The notes under the pieces were generated by a model, which made no database searches, was not told the DNA's origin, and saw only the letters and a list, made by a program, of their open reading frames with translations. A DNA stretch of 63,499 nucleotides, counting the filler, from Choristocarpus tenellus KU-1152 (lineage: Eukaryota > Protista > Phaeophyceae): the NCBI GenBank assembly GCA_964200185.2. It is 13 parts of 13 records of this genome, joined end to end, with 100 filler letters (N's around TTAATTAATTAA, not from the genome) between each part and the next. Parts side by side here need not be neighbours in the genome. Positions count along the whole stretch, not along the records: positions 49,785 to 55,122 come from CAXNAD020011102.1; positions 55,223 to 60,333 come from CAXNAD020011832.1; positions 60,434 to 63,499 come from CAXNAD020022552.1; 10 more parts are not named here. The stretch is one strand, 5' to 3'. The position numbers were made by a program, and so were the translations under genes. Every line of letters begins with the position of its first letter. Within the stretch, counting starts at the first letter, position 1. Below are positions 52,204-63,499 of this stretch, one piece after another.

Positions 52204-53042
52204 CTCCTTCATACCAAGCCAGGTCACCAGCCTTTCGTTCCGTCCCTGCAAAAACGCTCCAGCCGCTCTAATCCCTGATGCCCGAACTTGCCATTGCTCG
52301 TCGTTGGAAGCTGACGCGGCAGCACGGAGGACCCTTGTACCAATGTCGTCACTTCCGCCTTCGACCAGAACTAGCCCGAGCTCCAAGGCTCTAAGCGCCG
52401 CCGTTCGCACCCGATATCGAAAGCGCAGTGTGTCTTGGACTCTGAGAGCGAGGTCGCTTAGTGCGCATATAAGCGCTTCTGTTTGCCTCCTATTAGCAAC
52501 GATGTAGTCCTCGAAGCTGGTGTTGCTGGGGGGTAACAGCGAGATCACTTTTGCCAAAAGTTTTGGTGGCTCTGTCGAGATATCTATCATTGTTATGCAA
52601 TGGTTGGGAGAGAAAGAATGGGATACTATAAACGTAGAAGTTGGGGCAGGGCGAAAATTAATGAAAACATTTAAGATAGTCACACAGAGTATCAAAATGA
52701 GTCTTTCATCTTACTAGCAAGCGGAACACACTTCTATCCGGAGAATTGCAAACGGTCTGCCTATGTTTAAAGTTCAAGCCGATTGAGAGAAGAAGGTTGG
52801 AAATGTAAGGAGAGGCGGGATGAGGTCGGTGCTGATATTGAGGTTCCAAAGGTGAGGGGAGGGCCGATGTCCAAGTAAACTTGGTTCAAGGGTTCACGCT
52901 TTCCCTAGCATGTAGCAGGGCGCCCACCTGAACCGGACTCAGCGCTTCCAATGGCCTCTTCCATGGCGAGAACGCACTGCAAGAGCTCTGCACCTGACTG
53001 AAAGTCGCAAGTCAATCCAGCCAAAGCCATGTTCTTCAGTTT
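52204..53042 (-). CDS. Internal exons (53042-52928, 52583-52204) of a HEAT/ARM-like helical-repeat protein
   Basis: AG/GT boundaries with matching phase 1. Translation includes YRVRTAALRAL and NDEQWQVRASGIRAAGAF, which are HEAT-like D..W.VR..A motifs. Confidence 0.65.
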
Positions 53043-53233
53043 CTATACAGATATCAATCAAAGACAGATCACAACTCATAGTTTAGTGTAGTGGTTGGTG
53101 TATTTGAAAAGGCGCGACAAAACCGATCGCGCGGGGATAATAAAAATGTTTCATATTTTTGAATTTGTACACTAAGATTGTCTGGTTCACTACTAGTTGA
53201 ACTGGTTCAAGAATTATCTGACAAGATCCCGTC

Positions 53234-53555
53234 CATGTCCACAAGATATTGAACTAGTCCATATCCGATGGTCAGACTGGGCTTAACGTTCTCTAAGATG
53301 TCTGGATCATGTCCACTGGTTATTGTACCTCTCCATGTCTGTCAGCCTAGCCAGATCCAACTTTCTCCAACATGTATGTCCAGACTACGTCCGCTTTATT
53401 GTACCAATCAGTGTCCGCTGGTTGGACAGCGTCTAACATTCTGCAACATGTCGGACGTGTGCACTAGGTATTGTATCGGTCAGTGTCTGCTGGCTGGACA
53501 GGGTCAAACATTCTCTTACATTTCAGGGCCATGCCTACTCCATGTTGTACTACGT
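53234..53555. repeat. Degenerate ~73-bp tandem array, about 4.5 units
   Basis: Recurring TGTCCAC...TATTGTAC...TGTC.G.TGG..GGAC.G..T..AAC.TTCT pattern. Confidence 0.65.
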
Positions 53556-54404
53556 AGATAGGCAAATTATTGAAGGGTAAGGTTTATTTGCGTATATCTA
53601 TGTTTTTGTGGTGTGGTTCACTCAGGCAAGGATGGCGAAGAGAATGATTGCGCACGACGGACCAGAAGGACCAAGACGAAATGTAACCGAGAGGACGAGG
53701 TTAAGGTTGGACTACTAGTGGAAGATTGTAAGGACTTGCAGGAAAATTTGGAGAACTGAGGGAGTGAGGAGGATCATGTTTCGCAAGGGTTTCAGAAAAG
53801 AAACCTTTCAGAAATGGGAGATCTGCCTTCAGAAAAAACGTGGTCATGAAGAGATGTTACGGAAAGTTTACGGAAAGTCTATCCCTCCGAAAATCCTCCT
53901 CACAGTTGAACCGCAGTTAACAGCAGATTTCAAAAATTGAGGATGGAGCTTTTCATTGAGGATGGGCTTGACCCAAAATTGACTGGGAGAAAGTATCGAT
54001 ATGTTTTTTTTGTATTTATTTAAAAAATTATTGTTCTCAAAAAAGAACCTAAATCGGTATGACGGTATATGAAACACGGCAAAACGGTATGATGAAAGAA
54101 AGCCTGCTTTCCATATGGAGTACATAACATATTCACAACACTAGTGGCTCTATCAAGACATGCCATGTGTTTTAGGCTGGAGACACCAGTTAGACGGGTG
54201 AGGAGGGGCCTGTCAGATTCTTGGAATGCTTCCCTACCTCCTCGCCCTGTAGTGTAGGGCTAACTTAGATTGGAGGCATAGAAAGAGAGTGGTGTAGTAT
54301 AGCTGGTAGTCAAATAGTAAATAGATTTTGGGAGGTATCTTTCACATTTACGACAACTGTTACCTTTACAGGAGCCCTTGTGATATCGAATTGGCTTTCT
54401 CCCG

Positions 54405-54535
54405 GACGCATCTGCAAAATGTCAGAGGGCATGATAACATAAACATATCCTTTCCCTGGCACATTTGCAAAATGTCAGAGGGCATGGTAACATAAACATA
54501 TCCTTTCCCTGGCACATCTGCAAAATACCAGAGGA
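54405..54535. repeat. ~53-bp tandem duplication at the end of a family B copy
   Basis: GCAAAATGTCAGAGGGCATG.TAACATAAACATATCCTTTCCCTGGCACAT is repeated. Confidence 0.85.
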
Positions 54536-56139
54536 CATACATGCATGTGCAATAGAAAGAGAGTAAGAAAATAGAAATAGGTATGTGATGGTCACCTTCA
54601 TGTTAAGGTATACCTTTGAAGTGCCTTCCTCTAGAAGGTAAACCTAAGAGCCTGTTTCCTGTTATGACATCGCATTGCTTCCAAATGACGTCAACATCAG
54701 GTTGTTGAGTGGAGCTTATAAACCGCACTCATTCTCTTCCCTTGTCACTCCGTTCCTAAGTGATCGACTTTCTGAGGCTTGCTTTTCCTCCTGCCTTGTC
54801 TCTCTTCCTCCCCTTCCTCCTGTGGCAGGTTTTCTTGTTCCCCTTCAGTTTGAAGAACCTGCCTGCCAGTTTCTACCTTTTTCACATAATATATCGAAAT
54901 TGAAACCTACTATTATTGTATGAAACATTTAGTATTTGATGGTAATAATTGGTATTATCTTTGGAAGATACAAGATACAAGTATGTCAGAGTGAAAGGTG
55001 AATGAGGACCCGTGACCCAAAGTATCTGGGGGGGGGGGGGGGGGGGGGGCAAAAAAAGAAATTTTAGGAAAAGAAAAAAAAAAAAAAAAAAAAAAAAAAA
55101 TCCAACAAAAAAAAAAAAAAAANNNNNNNNNNNNNNNNNNNNNNNNNNNNNNNNNNNNNNNNNNNNTTAATTAATTAANNNNNNNNNNNNNNNNNNNNNN
55201 NNNNNNNNNNNNNNNNNNNNNNCCGCAGGCGAGCTCTGTCACGTTTGATTCCCACCCATGATCTTACTGTCCCCCCCCTTCCCCCCCATCCCGCCACCCC
55301 CTTCTACTACACATATATCCGTCCAACTCTTCAATTCTAAGACTTTGGCCACTGGTACTCCTTCTCAAGCACTCCCTGTGTTGGTGTTCTTGTTGTTGTT
55401 TATTGACGCGACTTCCTCTTTTGACGGTTTGGGATTGGGTCTTGCGTCTCAGGCGTTTCCTAGAGAATTGTTGATATTTAACCCTTATATATTTCTATCT
55501 CATTTGCCCACACAGCTACCACTCCTGCAATAGTCTTCCTCAAGTAGGACTGGATTCCTTGGTTGAGATCGGAAGTGAGGTAGGTGGGGCCCGACCTCCA
55601 TTGCTCTCAGACTTCTAGATCTTATCCATATGAGAAATGTAGAACCAACTTCCCGATCCAATAATGTTCCCCTTTCTGGAATGTTCTTCTGGAATATTCT
55701 CATTCTACGGAGTTCCTACTTTGTTCCATCACACATCTTATGCTACCCTTTGCTGTATTATTACTTCGACTTGTCTTGTTAGCAGCTGCACAAAGATATC
55801 AACATATGAGTGTCCCTAGTGAGGCTTTAGGGCACTCAACACGGACAGCCTGGCCTACAGTATGACCATCGACATTCACGTACCTGCCTATCACAATTTG
55901 ACTACCCTAGAAACAATCACAACTTAACCTCTAAGTTATACTCTGACAAGTGTTACTATCACTACAAGCTATCCAAACCGCACATGTTCCTAAACAATGG
56001 GCTGATCCTGCAAGGCACAGTAGAGTACTGCATACAATCTTCCATACAATATGTCAACTATTTCTTGATCACCCGGCACTTGGATAACTGCTGATCAAAA
56101 TGTCTGTCGCTTCCATACCTGTTCACGTCGGTGAGTAGT

Positions 56140-56868
56140 TGTTACAGGCGCCCTTCAGAACTCACCTCTACAGGACGTACAACTCAAATCCAACGACCTT
56201 AAAATGACGCTATGGGGGCGTTGCCCTTTACAACAGTTTGTAGGGTGTCAGATATCCTTCTCTTCTTGATATTCCACTCAGTGCTTAGCTCAAAGCTCAA
56301 CTCAAAATTTCGTTCAAGGTAAAAAATAAAGACTGGAGGCAAGTGGGATGGCTTTGGCCAAAATCCCTCTTATTATTTTCGTCGTCCACTCAATTTCTTT
56401 GGTCTTCTATGCAACTGCTCTACACATAATCCAATCATAAACCTTTCTGACCCAAAGTATCTGGGAGGGGGGGGGGTCTCACAAGGGTGTCCATTTGGGT
56501 CAAAATCAGGAAAAATGCATTTACAGTAACCATCCGACGTATGCAAGCAAATCACCAAAAAATCTCGACATCAAAAACTGACCCCAAATGGACAGTCGCC
56601 GCCCCCTCACAGATACTTTGAGCCTCTTCTGCAACTCCTTAGGGACTTTGACATTTTCTTCTGTAATGTTACGTATGCATTCCGAATATTACTCTGTATC
56701 TTCAATGAAATCAAAATTTACTCTGTAAGGCTACCTATGTGTTACTAATATCGTATATTTTTCTCACTTGTTAGAACGCGAGAAAGAATGCTCACACTAT
56801 TCGTCTGTCACAAATGTTCGTGTTTGCTAAAACATGAGAAGAAATGTCCGCGCTATTCGCCTGTAACA
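56140..56868 (+). mobile_element. TG..CA element (solo LTR or short-TIR element), copy A, containing a MITE at 56449-56624
   Basis: Termini TGTTACAGGCG / CGCCTGTAACA. Flanks TAGT/TTGT (one mismatch). Homologous to copies B and C. Strand is relative only. Confidence 0.85.
56449..56624. mobile_element. MITE subfamily A1 nested in TG..CA copy A
   Basis: TIR GACCCAAAGTATCTG / CAGATACTTTGAGCC, flanked by TCT/TCT. Absent from the homologous site in copy B. Confidence 0.9.
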
Positions 56869-57432
56869 TTGTAGGCAACTAGCAAACAGGACCCTAGTTC
56901 CTGCTCTCAACAAAGAACATCATATGGCTGCTAAAGTGCTGACTACCTGGTCTCCGACAGTAGGGGTAACTGTCATAGACAAGCTGCAACAACTTCAATA
57001 CGTAGAAATTTGGAAATCTGAAAATTGGCAATCGCATTGCAAGAGGGAAAAAAAACAGTGAGGGCACGAGCGAATGGTGAGAATGAATGCTCGATTAAGT
57101 TCAAACCTACTCTATACAAAATCGGGATTCATGGTAGACACAGTAAGGTGATCAGTACTCCTGCATAGCTTCAAGGTCTAAACTGAATAGAGGGACACCC
57201 TTCTGCAGTGAGAAAATATCCTGTGACTCTGGAGACAGTAGCAATAATAGTACATTAAAAGTGCACTGTGAATAATAGATGTCAAGTACGAAGAATGGGA
57301 TTCACAAGACTCAAAGGTGTTACGAGTACCATAGCACAAACGTTCTACTAGCCCGGTTACAATAAATAGGAAGAGACCCCCACTTGTCGGTTCGGTGTTT
57401 TTCAAAGACTCACTAAATAATTACTGTGAACA

Positions 57433-57759
57433 GACCCAAAGTATCTGGGGGGGGGGGGGGGGGAGAACAAGAAGGCCAATTATACGGACAAGAAAAGAGA
57501 AAAGGAACACTCCTTTATAATTACGTCGGAGGAAGCCAANNNNNNNNNNATCGCATAAAGATCTCCTATTGGAGTGGTTCTTGCGGGGGGGGGGGGGGGG
57601 GGGGGTCAACACCAGGGTGTCCATTTGGACCATAAGTAGGAAAAGTGCACTTACTTACATTATCCATCCGACGTATGCAACCCAACCAAACAAAAATCGC
57701 TACATGAAAAAATCGGCCCCAAGTGGACAGTCGCTACCCCCTCCCAGATACTTTGGGTC
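57433..57759. mobile_element. MITE subfamily A1 spanning an internal assembly gap
   Basis: Both TIRs are present, with AACA on both flanks. The interior next to the G-runs is probably low quality. Confidence 0.7.
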
Positions 57760-58231
57760 AACACAACTCTTTGCCTATGTGTGTAAGTCCGTCCTCCAGT
57801 ATGGTTCCTCCCTGGAGGTGATCGACTGCAAGGTTTTCTATACACAACCATGAAGCCATGGTCTGGAGCACTGGCGCCTGAAGCCATTGATGCACACACG
57901 GTACACACAATAAGGCGACCAGCTCCCTCATGTATAGCCTCAAGGTCATCATACCCTCAATAGAGGGACTCTGAAGTGATGGTCTGGACTGCTTGCGTCT
58001 CAGAAACCGTTGATACAACCTTGCACAAATATTTTCACGCATGGTTGCAAGGTCATTCCGAGTTGAGAGTGTGGTGTTTGAGCCATAGATGCCACAATGC
58101 AGGCCCTTTCCTCTCCATTTAAGAGAGATGGGGGGCAGATCTCCAAAATAAATTCAGACTCTATGTAGAGTTCCAAAGTCCAATGCTGGATGAACCCACT
58201 ATTTTTCCCATCAAGGCAACAATGGTCCAAT

Positions 58232-58820
58232 TGTTACAGGCGAATAGCGCGAACATTTCTTCTTGTGTTCTAACAAAGTGCGAGCATTTGTTACACACGA
58301 ATAGCATGAGCAATTCTTCTCATGTCTTAGCAAACACGAACGTTCGAGACAGACGAATAGTGCGAGGGTTGTTTCTCGCGTTCTAACAAGTGCGAACAAT
58401 ATACGATATTTGTAACACATACGTAGCCTTACAGAATAAATGCTGATTTCATAGAAGATACAGAGTAAGATTCGGAATGCATACGTATCATTACAGAAGA
58501 AAATGTCAAAGTTCCTAAGAATTTGCAGGATGAAGGTTAAAGATTGGAGTACGTATAGAGCAGTTGCATAGAAGACCAAAGCAATTGGGTGGATGATGAA
58601 AATAATAAGAGGGCTTTTAGTGAAAACACTTTTACCCCTCTTACGTACCAGTCTATTATCTTGAATGAAACTTTGAGTCGAGCTTTGAGCTAAGCACTGA
58701 GTGGAATATCAAGAGAGAAGGCTACCTGATACCCTACAAACTGCTACCAAGGGCAATGCCCCCATTGCGTTGATTTGAGTTACAGTCCTGTAGAGGTGAG
58801 TTCGGGGGCGCACTGTAACA
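58232..58820 (-). mobile_element. TG..CA element copy B
   Basis: Termini TGTTACAG/CTGTAACA with a perfect 4-bp TSD CAAT. Inverted relative to copy A. Confidence 0.9.
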
Positions 58821-59030
58821 CAATGTTGTGCCCCTTAGTTTATCTTCTGTATGAGGAGACAGAGTAGGAATTCCATATTTCAACACCGAGTCCACATGCC
58901 TAGTGTAGATGGGATCATATGTTCAGCTCTTAAGTTTGTCCGTACATGTTGGTAAATCATGAGGTTAAAAGACCCATCGATCCATCGCCTGTAACAAGAT
59001 CTTTCGTCGGAACAGAAACCAACGTAAGGC

Positions 59031-59102
59031 CGACCTCGCCGGGAATCGAACCCGGATCTCACCCGTGACAGGGGCGAATGCTAACCATTATACCACGAAG
59101 CC
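59031..59102 (-). tRNA. tRNA-Asp(GTC)
   Basis: Acceptor GGCTTCG/CGAGGTC plus G73, D-loop containing TGG, anticodon arm CGCCC-CTGTCAC-GGGTG, T-arm CCGGG-TTCGATT-CCCGG. Confidence 0.95.
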
Positions 59103-59583
59103 CCATATATTCTTTGGCAAGTCATGGCTATTTAATTAATGTATTTAATCAATACATTCTCTTTTGCACCACTTGGAAAACGAACCCTAGAAAATAAAGA
59201 GGCCCCAGTCAGCAGGAGAAGAGCTAGCCACAACAGTAGAGCCAATATGAGAAACGTAGGTCAGGGTAAGGGGACCATGATGACTCATTACAGGTCAGTG
59301 ACATTTAACACCGAGTTGTAGTAACAGGATGACAAGCGGAGTGCAAAATGAGAGCCAAATTGAATGAGATACCTGGGTTGCATTTTAGTGATTCTGACAA
59401 ATGTACAACTCGACTTTCCTTACAAATGCATATATGGACTTTTCTGAATTCTCTGTCAATAACTTTCAAACAATATAGAGAAATCGTTGTTCTCAACTCA
59501 ACCTTAGCACCTTATCCATGGAAATAAGGCCAAAGATTAAACAGATGACGTAAAATGCAGAACGGCAAAAACTTGGGTACCTC

Positions 59584-60047
59584 TGTTACAGCGTGCCCCC
59601 CAGAACTCACCTCCACAGGATATGCAACTCAAATCCAACGACCTTAAAACAACGCTACGCGGGGGTTCACAGACGATGACCATGTACGGTGTCAGTTGAT
59701 GCTCAGCTTAGTCAATGTCTCACTTTTCGCTTCATCAAAAGAGGGTAAGGATCAAAGAACTGAGTCGTGGTCAACGACTCAGTTCTTTGATTAACATCAT
59801 TCACCATTTTTCTACAGTCAAAGAGTAAATGATGACTGCAAACTGCTGTGTAAATACTCCAATCATAAATCTTTATTCTGCAACTTTCAGGATTTGACAT
59901 CTATTCTGTAAGGTTATGTATGCATTTCGAACCTTAGTCTGCATCTTCTACCAATTCAAAGTTCCTCTTATATTTATTCATACATATGTATACTGTTCGC
60001 GCATTTTGGCACGCAGAAAGAAATGCTCGCGCGATTCGCCTGTAACA
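59584..60047 (+). mobile_element. TG..CA element copy C, nested in an A3 MITE
   Basis: Termini TGTTACAG/CTGTAACA with a perfect 4-bp TSD CCTC. The flanks rejoin to the reverse complement of the A3 MITE terminus. Confidence 0.88.
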
Positions 60048-63000
60048 CCTCTCCCTTACTTTGGCTCGTAGAGGGTCATGATGCCTCTTTTGATAGGTTA
60101 GTAGTTCTATAGTGTCACATAATTTTTCATACAAATTCCATCCTTACCTGCATCCCCAACACTGCCTAATTATATTTTAGGACCTGGAATTAGCATCCAC
60201 TTCACTTCTGCTACGTTCATGGTAGGATAATGGATCAAAGTATCTGGGGGGGGGGGGGGGGGGGGGGGTTACAAAGGGGGGCCCACCGGGCCCCGGCCCA
60301 GGAAAAGGGCACTTTTTTTTCCCCCCCCCCCAANNNNNNNNNNNNNNNNNNNNNNNNNNNNNNNNNNNNNNNNNNNNTTAATTAATTAANNNNNNNNNNN
60401 NNNNNNNNNNNNNNNNNNNNNNNNNNNNNNNNNCCCCCCACCCAGCACAGACACAATTTAGAGACACACACCCCATGCCAATAAATTTCACATCATGTCA
60501 CACGGTAGGTTGGCTGAAGAGTTACTGCAGTATACTAGGTGTCTGGAGGCTTCATCACTCGGTCAGAATACAAAGGGAGGTTAATCAAACGTACTGTGTT
60601 TATAGTTGTCCATCAACATCTCTGAAAGTGGACTGCCTATATAGATATATTTCTGCTGAACCAGTTGCCTGTCATATGGTACACTATCTGTGGCAAAGTA
60701 CCCTAAACATGTCTGTAGAGATGCAATAGATACATGGAGAACTCTGTAGCATCATTAAAACATCAAGTGAACCACAGTATACACCAAGCAAAAGTAAGCA
60801 AGAGGTACCCGGGTTTTGATCATTTTGCATTTTGAGTCTGCTTTTTAACCTTTTGCAGTTCACCCATATTTCTATGGATGAAGTTCTAAGTTTGACCTGA
60901 GATCGTTTATTTCTCTGATGTTTGAAACCTTTCCGACAATCCAGAAGAGCCGAATTTTGCATAAATTTGTCAGCATTCTTAAAATTCAACTCTGTGCACG
61001 TCTCGTTTACTTTAAATCACCATTCCATTCCCGAAATCAGTCCCATAGATTGTCTGTACAGCTTCACAGTTGGGGACACAACATATCTCTCCTGTCTATT
61101 CTTCTCTTGCAGAAGGGGCATCACCATGACCACCAAGAAAGGCATGTCTATTGAAATAGCTCCATCATATTCATCACCGAGACTGGAATATCTCACTTGT
61201 GCTTGGCCATGTTTTTTCTCTCCTTGAGTCTCTCAGCAACATCTATGGTGATCCTCCGTAGAGCCTCTCTCCTGCAGTATACAATGACCTTCTTGCGCTC
61301 TGCTGCCAGGGTAGACTGCAGGTTCCGCCTTTGACTGCACCATGAATGTTTGGAGCAATGCATTGAGGTTGGTAAGTGTTTACTGTTCCAAAAATGCAAA
61401 AAAAGTGACAAGGTAAACTGAAGGAAGTACTGCGGAGTATGTGTCACTAGAAGCTAAAGGGGTATTTAATGTAAATAGTCTCTCGTAATGCTTTGAAGTT
61501 TTTATTGGTCATGATATGGATGTGGTTTGTAGGCTCAGTCCGATGTCCCCATATGTTGTCCCCTGATTTCGTATGTAGAATCCAGTCCAATGAAGAAACA
61601 AAGTTGTCACATTTACAACCCCAGCTAAAATTTCGAATGTCTTTTTACCCAGCAGTACAAAGCCAGGTGCCCAGATTGAGAGTTAGATCTGACAAGTATT
61701 CGAGATACTACTGTAGCACAGGGTCAGACAGCCACAAGACTGACAGCTCTGATGGTTTAGTGTAATATAAAAGCATACAACATTGATTTAATGGCATGCC
61801 TTGTGTGATTGGATGTGGAGAGCACCGTGTGGGACTTGACAAATATCTTAGAGAGAGAGTCCTTTTTCCCTCCCTCTTCTTGACAGACCTCTCCTAGAAG
61901 GAGTGCATGACACATTGCAAGTGATTGATTGCCAGCAGCGGTTGCCCACATGCAGACATGTTAAGGATTTGCATGTTAATCAACAAATATCCACTATTCA
62001 AAATCGATAGTTGAGACATTTACGATCCAGCATCCATGAACAAAAGATCAATACCCTCTCCTCCTTCCATGTCACCTTTCCCGTGAGGAGCCCATATATT
62101 TGGCGGTTATTTCGAATCAAAGTTCAACACAGCCACTCTCTAAGAGATGACTCATTGCCTTAGCTATTCAGGAGATTTTTTTTTGCATGGTGCAGTTTGT
62201 CCTGACTGACATCTAATCTAGAGTTCAAATAGAGTGCTCCGAACTTCCTAGACCACACCATCCAACAGGCAACAATCGAGTAGTGTAATCTGTTGCTCAT
62301 CCCCTCACTCCTCGTGAGCAACCCTTGACTCATACCATCACACCCGCCTCACAAGGAATGAGATGCTTAACAAGTACTGGGAGGCATGCGTGCAACAACC
62401 TGAGGTGTGCTTTGAGCACTGGGTTAATGCAAACGAGAGGTACTCAGGTTCTAGCCAAACCGTGTCTTAGGGCACATTTTTTATCTTTGCAATTCACCCT
62501 TTAGTTCTATGTGGACGAATTGCTTAGATTTGAATTGACAGCGTTGATTTCCCTCTTGTTTGAAAATTTTGGATAGGGTTAAGAAAATTCCCTCCATGTT
62601 TGTACAAAAAATAAGTCGAATTTCGCACAGTCATCTTTCGGCATTCTTAAACTGCAACCCTGGATGCCTCTTGTTTACCTTGGCACACTCTGGAGCAACA
62701 GATTGGCATCAAACCCACGCACTCAGAGCGCTGGATGTGTGAGTATCCCTCACCGCTAGGTTTGACCTAGTTAGATCAGTGCACCTACTGTAACTAATGT
62801 AAGTACTCTGCAATAGTATGTGAGAACAGAAAGTCCTATAGCCTGGGAGCTCTACTTGGATCGATCACTTGTGAACAGGGAGAGTAGCAATAGCAGATTT
62901 TGTTGTTGCTGTTGTCGTCTTAATGTCATCCTCGTACTATTTTAATTAAGTGGGTTGTATGGTGTGGTTTGGCGTGTTGCATCTTCTCCATCATTGCACC

Positions 63001-63499
63001 ACTCCACCTTGCAACCGTGTGTGCTGCCAGGGTATGTCTGGCATGTCCCAAATAAACTCTCAAGACTGGTTGAAACCAGGTTGACTCAGTCAGAGGGGGG
63101 AAAACTTGCATGTTTGTCACACGTAGCACATGACTCAACAAAAGATGTATGCACACACTTCCTTCCCCTGGTTATCTATCTCACAGCTTGTGGTGTTGTT
63201 TGAGAAGTGCAAGGCGCTCGGAATGTGTTATGAGGAGGGACTGAAGGGTCTTTTGCTGCCTCTCCACCATCTGCTCCAGGCGTGACTTCCCTCCTGACCA
63301 TGCACTGGACAATATAGACTCCTGAATCATGTCAAGATTACATGCGTTAGTATTAGCAGTTGCAGCACTGTAATGATTAGTAATTGATCACAAACAGAAA
63401 CATATCTTACAAAAGAATGAGATATATGACAAAAGAAAGCTCAAAGTATCTGGGGGGGAGGGGGGAAAAGGGATTACCTACATGCCTTCCTGGTAACAG

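Noticed and set aside
57758-58230. Minus-strand ORF fragments between copies A and B
   Set aside because: Short and frameshifted with no assignable motif. At most a decayed TE.
56140-58820. One 2.7-kb transposon with ~600-bp TIRs (copies A and B as its ends)
   Set aside because: Each copy has its own termini and own flank duplication, so they are separate insertions.

Overview
This is eukaryotic nuclear DNA, not one locus. It is 13 unordered short contigs joined by 12 artificial 100-bp spacers (N44-TTAATTAATTAA-N44), so adjacency across spacers means nothing. An EsV-1-7 repeat protein, Pmp-like adhesin exons, TTAGGG motifs and long introns with short exons point to a brown alga or close stramenopile relative (inference). 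Gene fragments reconstructed by hand: a Pmp/adhesin-like protein with one repeat per exon, a PH-domain/coiled-coil protein, an insulin-degrading-enzyme-like M16 peptidase, an EsV-1-7 repeat protein, the SKI2 RNA helicase and a HEAT-like protein. There are also a tRNA-Asp(GTC) and an initiator-type tRNA-Met(CAT). The rest is mostly decayed transposons (Copia, mariner/Tc1-like, DUF7869-like, possibly piggyBac), several MITE families sharing a GAxxCAAAGTA terminus, TG..CA elements with 4-bp TSDs, and mini/microsatellites. Most notable: (1) a foldback element whose core is flipped relative to its flanks between two copies; (2) phase-1 single-repeat exons in the adhesin; (3) three TG..CA elements clustered around tRNA-Asp; (4) a duplicated, frame-shifting splice acceptor and a probable GC donor in SKI2; (5) telomere-motif seeds scattered through introns. 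I found no convincing multi-gene novel system. All coordinates and alignments were done by eye.
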